A stretch of DNA of 63,987 nucleotides, the filler included, from Hyphochytrium catenoides (Eukaryota > Protista > Hyphochytriomycota), in assembly GCA_900088475.1 (NCBI GenBank). It is 14 parts of 14 records of this genome, joined end to end, with 100 filler letters (N's around TTAATTAATTAA, not from the genome) between each part and the next. Parts side by side here need not be neighbours in the genome. Positions count along the whole stretch, not along the records: positions 44,502 to 59,609 come from FLMG01000276.1; positions 59,710 to 61,359 come from FLMG01001962.1; positions 61,460 to 62,667 come from FLMG01003010.1; positions 62,768 to 63,987 come from FLMG01003240.1; 10 more parts are not named here. One strand, given 5' to 3'. This document shows positions 50,701-63,050 of this stretch, one piece after another. The number at the start of each line of letters is the position of its first letter. The stretch's first letter is position 1. The notes beneath the pieces are model-generated. The model ran no database searches. It saw nothing but the letters and a program-made list of their open reading frames with translations, and was not told the DNA's origin. A program made the position numbers and the translations under genes.

Positions 50701-53700
50701 CTCTTCTTGGTAGGTTCTCTTTGACCCCACGTTGCCATACCACTACCCTCGTCCATCTACTTATGACGTTTGGTCTGTCGGAGTCGTCTTTCTTGAGATA
50801 ATATTTGGGACCTCCTCCGTCTTTCGTATCAGCGGTCGGAGGAGAGCAGAGCTAGAAAGAGAGCTACGCCTTGCGGTGCGTTCGTAGTCTAAGCTATCTA
50901 CCTCGAGTATAGTCTTTTTGCCCAGAGTGTCCCTGGCTCTGCCGATTCAACCCTAAGGTTTCTCCGTACTATGCGGGTTAGGTTTGATCGTTGCTCTCGC
51001 TAAACCTAGTCCTTCATCTCTAGCCTAATCTCCAGTACCCTATGATTGCCCTTTTCATTCCCATAGGACGATGAAGTTCGCCAGAAGACTTATCTCCTCT
51101 ACGCCCTTAGTGAGTTCTGCATCTACTCTCCCACAGACCTTGAGCACTCCACGGAGCGCTATGCGCTGGTTAGAAGCAGGTACATGGCTCAACTCCGCGG
51201 TTGGTCGCTCTTCATTGGGCGTCCGTTCGTCGTTCTTGTCTTCCACCAAACCTTTTGTCATAACGAAACTGGGGATATCGCTGTGACTGCTGGTGGGTCT
51301 ACTCATCTCTGCCCCTCGGCACCTGATAATCGGCTTGCTGAAACGCGTTACCTCTTGACCATGGCTTTGACTCTGGTCACAGTCATCGCTCCGTGAACTA
51401 ACCGTCTGGTTGCCTTTCGCCCATTATTTGTTTCCGATTCCCCACAGATGTTCCTTAGCCGATTTCCACCAACATCTCATTGCTCGAGATCCCATAGGAA
51501 CAGGGCTACGGGACCACTGGGGGGTGCATCTCCTCTATCGCCTCCTGCAATGGACTCCAGAGAACAGGATATCGATCCGTGATGCTCTCCAACATGTGAG
51601 GCAATCTTTAAATGTGGCGTCAACTATCGGGCGACCTTGTAATATCTTCCCAAGTCACTTCCGATCCTCTCTTAGCTCCCACCGCACTGAATGACCTTCT
51701 TTTAAGGCTCATATTCCTTCTATTTCCTCTTCCCTAGGCTTATTTTCAAGGTCCTTATGTCTGCAACCTCACCGGCCGAAGCTTTGCGTTGCCAGAGGAC
51801 TTGCGAGCTTTTCAGGAGTACTTGGAGGCAAAGAGTGAGATGGAGGAAGCGAGGGATATTCCGGTGATGCATCAGGAGCCAGAGGTGCGATTAGCCTCCT
51901 TCCGCCCTGTCATCCTTCCTGCTCTCACAAAGGGTGAACAGTCTCTTCGCTTGCTGGGTCGTCTATCTTTCGTTTCGCTCAAGGCTTCGAACTGCCCTTA
52001 TTCAGGTTGAATATTATTGTCCCAAGTGCGGAAGGGCTTTCTCGCTCTGGCACAGCTGTGACTTGCATGTGAAGCTGAGAAACCACTCTCGGTACGCTGA
52101 CACTGGGAGGACGTAAAGGATGGAGAAAAAAGGGGATTGTAGATGTAGGCGTCTGCTTTTTTAAAGAGGTCTGACAATTAGCGTCTTCCTCACCAGGTTC
52201 TGCTCGTATGACGTGGAATCCCTTCCCCTGCCGGTCTCAACTTTCCCATCTGCGCCCTTCATTGGAGCCTTTGACCTTAAAGGGAGAAAGCCGTATATGG
52301 AGGATGTCTTCTACCACGAGGTCTTTTCCCTTTCTTCATTGAATCTCTTTGCACTTATTTAGGGTTCTTTGTCGTATGATACCCTGGCTCTAAAAATTTT
52401 GCCGGGACCCATGCTCGCCCTAGTTGAGGGCAAGCTGAGTAGCGCTTTTCCTTGTTGTCGCGTCTCCTTCTTGGCCAGTTGAGCTCTATACTCCGCTTTG
52501 TTTCGCCTCTCAATGGGTCCTGTTTTATTGCCGCTTCTAGGCAGGACAGTCATGCCTTGGATGGTCTCTCCATCTAAAACTATCCTTTGTCTCGTTTGCC
52601 GCAGGCCTTTCTAGGCTATGATATATTCTATATCTTTGACGGCCATATGGGATCAACAGCAGCGACCTTTCTAAAAGAGAATCTCCCAGCTCTCCTGCAC
52701 CGCCACCTCACTCAAACCAGGGAGAGTTCGTTGCAGATGGACCTTGTACTGCGACAGGTTATTACTTCTCTCTCTCACCCTCTCCTATTCTCTCCTCTCG
52801 CTATCATCTCTCCCCTCCTCGTGGTACTGAAAATTTCCCTTCCTTCCAATGACGATATTGTGAGTGATTCCGATGCCCTTTCTTGACAAGAATCGTTCTC
52901 CTAGCGTTTCATTGCGTCGCAGCAGGGCTTCCTTTTCAGGAATGCATGCGATGCACGATAACGGCCTGTCTCTCCTGTCTGACTTCACTCATTCCTGTTC
53001 GGGTCTTTCGCCAGGTCTTTTGGGAAGTAAACAATCAATGTCTCTCGGAGAGCCCTGAAAGTGACATCAGCGGGTCTACGGCGACCGTGGTCCTGCGTAA
53101 GGGAGACTTCATAATAGCCGCCAACGTTGGGGACTCTAGGGCGATTCTCTGCTGTGACCACAGAGGTTAGCCATCTTTGCCATGGCGTGGAATATCTGTC
53201 ATCCGGCTTTTAACTGGAATTGGGTTTTGACTATCCAATTGTCTGTCTTGGCTTCCCTCTTCTGAGCTGACGACATGAATTCCCGCGGTTGACGTGAGCA
53301 GGAGAGCCGATACAGCTTACTGTGGACCATGTTCCAGACCACCCTCTTGAAAAACGAAGAATAGAGCTGAGTGGCGGTAAGTACGCTCTGAAGTAAGAGG
53401 TAGAGAGACAGAGAGAGAGACATGAGAAAAAGAGAGAGAGAGTCTGGATGGACCCGAAAGACCTAGAGAGCGGCAAGGTAGTAGAGCAGTGTGTGATAGT
53501 AAGTTCAAACTCTTGCCTGACTGAGAAAGGCAACTCATAATACGGAAGAGACGTACCATAAGAGTGATCTGTCGCTAGCGGTAGAAGATGTGGCATATGT
53601 GCTGACGCGGTATCTAGGTTTTATCGAGCACCACGGCGTCTGGAGAGTCGTGGGAGTGCTGGCTGTCAGCCGCACCATCGGCGACCGCACCTTTCGTCAG

Positions 53701-54342
53701 TATTTATCCAGTGAGCCACACGTAGCTCACTATAGATTAGGAAAAACCCATCGGTACCTCGTAAGTCTCTCTCTTGCCTGCTTTTTCTTTCAAACTTCTC
53801 CAAAGCCTATTACATTGATTTCTGCCTCTCTGGTGTCTGCTAAGGCACCGTAGGCATTCTTTGCATTTACTGTCGCGGAAGTAAGTTATTTTGACGTTGT
53901 TCTTTGTGCAAAGATCATTGCCAGTGACGGACTGTGGGATGGCCTGAGCAACGCAGATGCAGTCGGGTAGGCGTCTCTCCTGTGTTTGCTTGTGTTATGG
54001 TTCCTAGCTTTGCCAACCTCTGTTCTTCTCCACAATTTCCCCTCTTTCGTCGATAAGTAGATAGCCAGTTTTGGCTGTCCTCTATTCCCGCTGACTATCG
54101 GCCATCTCTGACTCTGGGCTTGAGCATCGCTGCCTTCTAAAAGTCGAGGTTTATCAGCTGTTCAAGACCTGTCGCCATCCTAATACTAACACTCCTTCAC
54201 CAGTCTCGTTGACGAGGAGTTTGACTCTTGCACAAAGTTTGCGCTGGGATGTGCACAGAAGGCTGCGCAACGATTGGCTTACGAGTCGTTTGTTCGTGGA
54301 ACGACCGACAACATAGCCACCATGGTCTGGGACTTACGGTAG
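47727..54342 (+). CDS. Ser/Thr protein kinase - C2H2 zinc finger - PP2C phosphatase fusion (first two exons tentative)
   Basis: Kinase: RGSHGEVW, FVLKRI, GLREIHFG, HRDIKPSN, DFG, EYQPPE, YDVWSVG, RISIRDALQHAYF; finger: CPKCGRAFSLWHSCDLHVKLRNH; PP2C: GRKPYMED, FDGHMG, GSTA, NVGDSR, SRTIGD, SDGLWD, DNI; stop TAG 54340-54342. Confidence 0.9.
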
Positions 54343-55052
54343 CGAGCGTTGCCATACGTCCGGGCTGATTGTCGGAGCGGCGTGTCCTAAAATGACGTAT
54401 TAGAATGGTCAGACAACTCCTTCCCGGAAGGCTTTGATGGTGGCGGCCATCCGACCTCTCGCACTCACGGTGCCATAAGATTAGAAAAAACGCGTTATGG
54501 AACAGAGAGCAAGCTTTCCTTACAGTTACAGAGTTCACAATTAGACATTCAAGACTATGTCTCTACAACTAGCATTTCGGAAAGAGGACAGCTGCATCCA
54601 AGGCCACAACGTTTAGCCCCAAGCTCTAATCGTCCTGCTAATAAGCTCTGACCCCGCCGTTGAAGCTTCAGAAACTTCAAGCTCAAGATCTGCCAAATCT
54701 GCAGATGCTGCGGAGATTTCATAGCCAAGAAAAACGCCTTGTACTTTTAACTTCGTACTTTTACATTTTACAAAGCGCCAATATACAGATTGAAAGCGAA
54801 TGGCATGAGCATAAAGAGCTGCATAAAGTATCTGTTTGTGAGCTTATGACACTTTCAGAAGCGTCAGATCTATAAATATCTTGCGTGTCAAAGTTTTTCT
54901 TGTGTGCTTTCTGCTTTCTTCAACTTGCTCTCTGGATCACTGCGCAGACTTGAGAATCGCTTTGTGAGCTGCCGCTGGGTGAGTCTGCATGTTGAGCGCT
55001 CAGGTAGGAGCTGCAAGACTAATAGAGCTGAATATACTCTGGTCTCTTTCCA

Positions 55053-55532
55053 ATGGCAAATCTTGACGAGGCCCGCACGGCTGGAAGAAAGAGGAGCCGA
55101 GCAGAGGGGATGCAGAACTGCCACCCGTCGTCGCTTGTGATCCCGTCCTCAGTTGCTGGTTCCTCTCTGAAGGAGCAGCAGATATGGCCCACCTACAGGG
55201 TGAAAGAAGGTAAACCGAACCTCATCAAAGGTCTTGGATGCCCGCAGCATTGTCCGCGTCAGGACACCCAAGATGTAACAGCTTCCGATGCGAATCGTAA
55301 AAATGGGCACGACACCTTTGTGCCGACGGCTGGGCCTGTCCAAGTACTCGAAAAGACTATTGCACTCATGACCTTCCACCCTGGAAGCGTTAAAGATAAA
55401 GGAAGAGAGACAAACTCTGGACTTGCTGTCAAGAAGCCCCATCACCGAAGAATTCTTCAGCTGCGTCGAGATCTGCCTGATCCTTGTGTTGGAGAGAAAG
55501 CTGCTCGGTTTGCTAAGCGACGACGGATGTAA
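55053..55532 (+). CDS. Hypothetical 159-aa ORF
   Basis: Open frame in non-repetitive sequence between two gene 3' ends; basic termini; no recognised domain; an antisense 133-aa ORF overlaps it. Confidence 0.25.
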   Translation: MANLDEARTAGRKRSRAEGMQNCHPSSLVIPSSVAGSSLKEQQIWPTYRVKEGKPNLIKGLGCPQHCPRQDTQDVTASDANRKNGHDTFVPTAGPVQVLEKTIALMTFHPGSVKDKGRETNSGLAVKKPHHRRILQLRRDLPDPCVGEKAARFAKRRRM

Positions 55533-55955
55533 GCTTGCAGCTTCCCTCAAAGAGCTGTATAATACTAAGAGCCCTACATCTAGAAAGAAGTCTGGGGCGT
55601 GGAGTCTATTTGGGAATTGGCGTGGCGGTTAGAGCGGTCATACGCAGCCACCCACACAGGCAATGACCACTGGCCTTTGTGGGAAAACGTCAGCAAGATA
55701 AGCTGTCAGCTAGAGCTCGAGGAAGGAAGGATATTAGCAAGAATCAAGGGATAGGACAAGAAAACATGGTCCACAGAGTATGCGAAGAGTTAAAGCTCGA
55801 CGGCGAAGATTTACCAGAGACTAATGCACTATTTATGCTTGTTGCTAGTCCTTGTGATTGTGGCTTGTATACTTCTACAGCCGTACAGGGCGAGATGATC
55901 CTCTATTGTTCGTACACAGCCTCACGGGGAGATATCTAGTACGTCTTGTCACTAG

Positions 55956-58900
55956 CTATCTAGCTTTGGCCGCCTTCTTTGCTTTCGCCGCAAGCTTTGT
56001 CCGCTCCCGCGCGCTTGTGCTTTTCAGCTTCTCCACTTTCTTCTGATTCTTCTGCACTTTCTTTCCCTTGTCTTTGTAAGGATTGTCGCTTGTCTTTACC
56101 TTCAGTCTTACGGGCACGCCATGTAACGCAAACTCCTCCCTAAGCTGGCTGCTAAGGAACCTGTCCGCGCAAGTGGGAAGCCAACAAGGATCAGGACCAT
56201 GACGAAGGAAATGCCATATGGGAGAAAAAAGAAACAGCCGACTAGTCGGGTAGAGTTTCAGGGGGAAGTGTGACGCATCCATATAACGGCAGCAGTCAAG
56301 AGGGTAAACTAGCTTGAACAGAGGTGATCGGCAATGGAGATGGAGTAAGAAGGGCTTCTATAACGGAAGGAGAAGAGAAAGAGCACAAGAGCAAGAAAGA
56401 AGCAAGGCCAAGACTTTGTGAGACGCAAGCGTAAGAAAAGAGCGACGGACTTGAGATATGCTTCAAGGAAATCCTCCTCCCTGTTTGAGAAGAGGACAAA
56501 GGTTGGCGGTCTGCTCTTGATCTGTGTGAGGTACTTCAGCTTGATTGCTTTTCCCTTAATGGAGGGAGGAGGATGGTGGCGCAGGATAGACTCCAGCCAA
56601 CGATTCAACTTTCCAGTGGACACGCGGAAGTTCCAAGCGTCATAGGACCTAAGCCTAAGGCACCCGATACAGGATGCAGGAGATAGACAGGGAAAGGAAG
56701 AAAGGAACATGAGATTAACAAGTTGCGGAGGTGAAGGCGAGGATCGGCCCTCGCAGACCATCATGATAAGCAGAAAGGAGAAATATCTCCGTGTCCACGA
56801 CGCAGAGAGAGAGCTGGAATGAGGAAGAAGTGATGAGGTCAACGTACACTTGCGGCATGATCTTGTCCACTCGGTCGCCTTGCAATGCTGACACAGGAAG
56901 TAGAGGAACCTTGCCGGCCTGGGAATAAGAATCGGACAGTGAGAGACGCGATAACGGAGAACGGAAGGATTGAACAGAGCAGCTCAAAGTCGAGGACGTA
57001 AGCTTTAAAAATTTACCTCTGCCAAAGACCAGCCAAGTTGCTTCCTAAATTTCTCGACCTCTTGTTCAGGGAGCTCTGCTTGGTCAGCTTTGTTTGCAAT
57101 TAGGATCAATGCTCTGCCCTCATTCAATGTCTATTGGAAAGCAGGTATGATGGAATGGAGAGGGAGAGGCGTCAGGTGCTAAGGTCCCCAAGCCCATACT
57201 CTGCTCCGTACTCCAAGTACAGCTATGAACAGTACCTTCTGCGCTATCGAGAGGTCCATCTTATAGAATTCTGGTTGGTCTATCTCAAAGACGACTGCTA
57301 CTACTTGCGCAAACGCCAGAGCTCTCTCGGCATCCCTGACAGCCAAATCTTCAATCGCATTGGAATGGTCTCGCTGCAGTGAGGAGAACATTGATACTTG
57401 GTTACTATACACTTGTCTCTCCTCCGCTTCTGGCCTTGGTCCGCCCCTGGCTGTAGCCGTCCTACCTTTGCAACTCTTCGAATGCCTGCAGTGTCGACGA
57501 GGCGGATCTTCTTATCTTTGTACTGCCATTCTACTGCGATTGCATCTCGAGTAAGCCCCGGCGTGGGCCCCGTTAAGACTCTGTCTTCGCCTAGAATACG
57601 GTTGAGCAGTGTACTCTAGAAAGAAGTGGAGAGAGACAAGGAGGGTAAAGTGAGGCCCGAGAGACGAGAACAAAGATGGCCAAGTCACGAAACCCTCCCT
57701 CCTGGTGCTCTGACCGGTGCAACAAAGCTAAGAAGTGAGGAGAAGCTAAAGAAAGAGAGATGAATTGTTTCTTTTCGGTGACCAGACAGTTTGAGAACGC
57801 GAGAAGTTGCATTTGCGGGATATTTAATAAGGCAGGGACTCGGGACAACGGGATAAGAAAAATCGAGGACACTACTGGCAATGAAGAATAGAAAGTTGTA
57901 CCTTGCCCACATTCACTCTTCCGCAAATAGCTAGCTGCAGAATGCTCTCATCTAGAGTGTCCGGCGCGTCTAGCCCCTGGCCATCCTGTTTGTACAAGCA
58001 TTAGTAGGTAGACGTTTGGCTGCTTTCTGTGTCCCTGATACTTTCTTCCCTTCCTATCCTTTACGTCATGGGGCTGCCACATATCTCTTTGTGTCCGTCA
58101 ATAGTAGACTTTTATGTCTAGAAGCTGTAGTCTTACCCTGATGACTTCTTCTTCTCTCTCTTTGGCAAGTGGAAGAAGAAGGTCAGCGATATCACCGAGG
58201 CCCTGTCCATGCTCTGCTGATATCGGAATAGGATCGCCTGTGTGAGCCACATAATTAGTACGAATATCTCAGCTGCCCAACTGCAAAGATGTGTGCAGCT
58301 GGTAGGACTAGTGGAGCCGATGTTGATATTAGAACAAAGGAGCACGTTACCAAAGCCTAGACGATATAGCTCTTCTAAAGCTTCGTCTCCCACTTGATTT
58401 CCCTCGCACTTATTAGCTAGAAGATGCACTTCGACCTCCTTCTTCCGCCTATGAAGCCACCTATGGAAGCGGAAAACAGGGAAGAGAGTGAGATACAACT
58501 GCGCAAGCTAGGTGAGGACATAGAACGGCACCTCCAGGGGCGCAAGTATCAAGGAAGGTGAGGCAGCATGTAGAAAACTAGCCGCCCAGCAGGAGAAGAG
58601 ACAGTAAACGAAAGGGACCTGGCGAAATGACGATCAAGTGGCGTCACTCCCTCTCTAGCGTCCACCACGAAGAAAATGATGTTTGCTTCTTCTAGTGCTC
58701 TCTCCACCTGAGAGACGATGCCCAACTCCATACTGGCAGAGAGAGTGGCGTTAGAGACTCCAATCTCAAGAATCGACTACCGGGAGAGTCACACCAGCAA
58801 AGAAATCTTGACATTCGGAGGAATGTGAAAAGGGAGGACCACAGCAAGGCTACGCGGCCCCGACATTAGATAAAGGAACAAACGGTAGCTTGCAGCAGAC

Positions 58901-59551
58901 ATTGCAAGCTGGAAGAATAGGGAAGCCGAGAGCATCAAGATTAGAACCTTCCGTCCTTGCCCTCTTCCAGTCCACCCGTGTCCACTACGTTGAAGTTCAT
59001 ATCGGCCAACTGGCCCTGGAAAAACGGAGGGGTGAAAAAACTCAGTGAAGGCGGTGGACAGAAAGGACGGTCCGCTAATATATGGAGATATTCACGAAGA
59101 AATAGACTCGCCATTCACGAGGAAGGAGGATTGAGGTAGAGAGGGCCCATGATCGGCTAACCTTGCCCAGCCTACGGTCCCGGGTAGTCCCAGGCACGTC
59201 GTGGACAATAGCTGAGCGCGTCCTAGTCAGTCTGTTGAAGAGCGTTGATTTGCCCACATTTGGTCGGCCCACCAGAACCAGATTGAATGGTCTTGGCTTA
59301 ACTTTCGGCGTTTCCTTGGCAGCTCTAGCTGAGTTCGCAGTTGACAACGTGCGACAAAGGACGAGGTTCCTCCTCCTACTCTGGCGCTGACCCAAGGTCC
59401 ATGTCTGTGTTCTGATAAGAGGAGATAGCAGCAGGCACCTCGAGCCTTGTAAGCCTTGAGGCCAAGGTCGGGCCAGCACATCTGATTGTCTTGTGCCACG
59501 GCTAACTCTTGACACCTCGCTCAGGTGCCTGATCATGCGCCTGCTGATCAT
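55956..59551 (-). CDS. der: Der/EngA double GTPase, nucleus-encoded with organellar (probably mitochondrial) presequence
   Basis: GD1 [32 protein letters not shown]; GD2 [34 protein letters not shown]; KH-like [15 protein letters not shown] and GVPVRL..KTSDNPY; Arg-rich, acid-poor ~80-aa leader. Confidence 0.95.
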
Positions 59552-60096
59552 TATAAGGGTGGCCGGTTCGCCTTTCTGACTTTTGGCGAAGTAGTCCCCT
59601 GACCAAGCANNNNNNNNNNNNNNNNNNNNNNNNNNNNNNNNNNNNNNNNNNNNTTAATTAATTAANNNNNNNNNNNNNNNNNNNNNNNNNNNNNNNNNNN
59701 NNNNNNNNNCCGCCCCGCCAGCGTCATCTTTCCTCCTTGGAAATAAGAGAGAGAGACGCCGCACGGCTCCTGTCGTCTTCTATAACGCCTTTCTCTCTCT
59801 CTTTCTTGTCCGGAAGACTACAAAGATCGGCTTGCTGAGATAGAGAGCAGTTGGGCTTCCCTTTGTCAACTCTTAACAAATAGCAAGAGAGAGAGAGAGA
59901 GAGGGGGAGAGAGAGAGAGAGAGAGAGAGAGATCAGAGGCGCAGGGAAGGAAGGTAGGCTGGGAGATGATGATGGCCGCGGAGGAGTGAAGGCTCACACA
60001 GCCATTTTATTGGATGTGGGAGGAGGAGGAGAAGACAGAGAGAAAGAGGGAACAGAGGAGCACCAAAGAGACAGAGAGAGAGAAAGGGACAGACAG

Positions 60097-60130
<34 letters not shown>

Positions 60131-62767
60131 CAGACGGAAAAGAGAGTGAGACAATGGTTACAGACACAGAGGGAGAGACAGAAGAGTGACAGCCAGAGAG
60201 GCGGAGAGAGGGAGAGGGTAGGGGAGAGAGACACGAAGGAACGTGGGCACATTCATAGCTCCAAAGTAACGTTAGCGGCTAGTAAGGGATAATTGCTCAG
60301 GGCGGACGATGAATGGCTGTCAACAAACTCTCTCTCTCTCTCTGCCTGTCTCTCTCTCTTTCTCTCTCTCTCTCGGTGTCTCTCTATCCCTCCCTCTCTC
60401 CCTCTCTCTCTCTTTTCTCTCTCTTTTCTCTCTCTTNNNNNNNNNNNNNNNNNNNNNNNNNNNNNNNNNNNNNNNNNNNNNNNNNNNNNNNNNNNNNNNN
60501 NNNNNNNNNNNNNNNNNNNNNNNNNNNNNNNNNNNNNNNNNNNNNNNNNNNNNNNNNNNNNNNNCTCTTCTCTCATTCCCTTTCTCTCTCTCTCTTCTCA
60601 ACTTCTCAACCTCCTCCCCCCTCTCTCTCCCACTTCTTTCCCTCCCTTTTTCTTTCTTTCTTCATCTCTCTTCCTCCCCCTCTCTGTGTCATATCTCTCT
60701 CTTCATAGTCTTCCCCTCTATAACCGTTACTCTTCAAGCCTCGGAGCCCTGATGAAGAAGAGAGACAGCCCGGACTCGCTGGGCATTGTGCATGCCGCTG
60801 GCTTCTTAGTACCGCGTCTCTCTTGGAAAGAAAGAGAGAGAGAGAGAGATGTGAAGAGCAAGGAAAGGACCATCAGAAAGGAGAAGAGAGAAGATTAGAG
60901 TTGAAGACAGGAGAAGAGAAAGGAAGACAGATGGAGGCAGAGGAGAAGGGAAGAGAGAGAGAGAGAGAGCACAGGAGAGACAGATGTAAGGAAAGAGGGA
61001 GACAGGGTAGAGACAGAGGGAGGGTATAAGAGGAAAAGAGAGGGAGTAAGGGAAAGCGTCGACCAGAAAGTAAGTGTGCTCAAGCTTTTATGTACCATAC
61101 GCGAGAGTCTCTCTCTCTCCCTGCGCTAACTCTCTCTCTCTCTCTGCCCAAGAAGGGCTGAGCTTAACAGTGAATGCATCTCTTCCACCCCGTGAGTCTG
61201 TCATACAGTTGCCATTCTCTTCTCTGAGTAGGAGAAGAACGCACTGCCGTGCAAAGAGGCGCGCGTGCGAGAGAGAGAGAGAGAGACGAGAGAAAGAAGC
61301 AACAAATAACGAATGGCTCTTCTCTCGCTCTCTACTTGTTGCTCTCTTAGCATCCCTTCNNNNNNNNNNNNNNNNNNNNNNNNNNNNNNNNNNNNNNNNN
61401 NNNTTAATTAATTAANNNNNNNNNNNNNNNNNNNNNNNNNNNNNNNNNNNNNNNNNNNNTATAACCTCACTGGAGGCCTCACCACCCATACAGCCATTTT
61501 TATAAATAAGAAAAACTTAACTATAAGGTAGTAGGGGCACCATCATCCGTTATCATCATCACCATCGCCATGATCACCTTTCATAATAAGTGGAGAAGGA
61601 GGATAAAAGAGGAGGGAGAAAGGGAGGGAGAAAAAGGAGACAGGAGGAACTTGGTCACAAGAAAGAGAAGACGACTACCAACATTTAAGGGCAAAAGATA
61701 GAAGCAGCACAAGAAGCAGAGAGAAGAAGAGGTAGGAGAAGAAGAATAAGTGAAAGAATAATAAGAGGAAGGGAAAGGTAAAGAAAAGAAGATAAAAAGG
61801 GGAAAGAGGGGAATCTGAATGAATAATGTACATCTTGTGAAGCAGAACGAGCCGTCCGACTCGGTCTGTGTCACGGATCGTTTAGCAGACACGGAGCTAA
61901 GGTAACTTATTAGTTGTCGAAGTAGGCGTGCAAAGACATAAGAAGCTCTTCTGCAGAGTTTTTACCGACCAGTCAGCTCTACAAAGCACTACCGGAGATC
62001 GACAAAGCGTGCAGAAAGAGTTAGTAGAGCAGCTTTATTGACTGCTGGTTTGCTTCCGTAACTGAAAGCAAAAGACAAACTGCTCTTAGCACTGTAGGAA
62101 GAAGCTCACTCCCTCCCTCTTCCTTTGTTCATCACTACTACTAGTGAAGAACCTCCCTCATGCTAGTCCCTCTTTAGCTCTCGTGGTGCTACTAGAACTA
62201 TGCTAAACCCTACTAGAGGGTCCGTGTCTAACTCTATCTTTCAAGTTCCCCCTCTCATCACCCCTTACTAGACCTACCTTGGGCAGCTCATCTTCACTCT
62301 TTCTTCTCCAGCTGGCTCCAAGCTTCAATGCTTTTATTGTTGATCTGCCCCTCCATATGCAGCACTAACTTGACCGCTCGCCTTCCATATCTACTACAAA
62401 TAGAATAGTGACTCCTCGTCCTATTTCAGCTCCGAGCCCAAGTGCCTCGCACTTCTGAACCAATCTGGAAGCAGGTGCTTCTCCACCCTGTTGTACCCTG
62501 TTACATTTTGTACTGTCTCTTCTGCTGTTTTCTGTCTCTTGCGTACACACTGGTTGGCCTGTTGACTAGCACCAACGACATATATAACGAGTATCCGGAG
62601 GAGCACACTCAATAACCTCCTGCGCACTCGTATTCAGAGTATTGTAGAAGTGGGGGGGGGGGGGGGGNNNNNNNNNNNNNNNNNNNNNNNNNNNNNNNNN
62701 NNNNNNNNNNNTTAATTAATTAANNNNNNNNNNNNNNNNNNNNNNNNNNNNNNNNNNNNNNNNNNNN

Positions 62768-63050
62768 GCTTTGCAGCTGGCTTACTATCTTTACCCTTAA
62801 TGCGCGATTTCCACCGCGCCGGACGACGATGAGCATTGGCCTCCAATTCCCAACATAGTTCTGCACGATGGTCCGTCCATTGCAATGAGGACAAGGATTG
62901 CGTCTTCCTTTCCGGGATCTCCTTTCTGAGGATCCGGGCGTTCGGTGTGATAAGCTCCTCTTTCACCAGTAGTAGCCTCCCGCTGCGCAGCTACAGCTCT
63001 ACGGCGATTAATCTCATTGATGAGAATCTCTTCCACTTGATCAGCTGTTG
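62768..63050 (-). pseudogene. Frameshifted/degenerate coding remnant, possibly transposon-derived
   Basis: Two overlapping minus-strand frames (EEILINEINRRR... then KEELITPNARILRKE...) read like one disrupted ORF; no family recognised. Confidence 0.2.

Noticed and set aside
6674-59551. Alternative genetic code or stop readthrough to explain fragmented ORFs
   Set aside because: Ordinary GT-AG introns restore the frames in every conserved gene examined
62652-62667. Poly-G run as a G-quadruplex element
   Set aside because: Lies at a contig end; may be a sequencing artefact and its length is unknowable
6618-62723. TTAATTAATTAA repeated 13 times, as a CRISPR-like or biological repeat
   Set aside because: Always centred in a 100-nt N block; it is a six-frame-stop assembly linker
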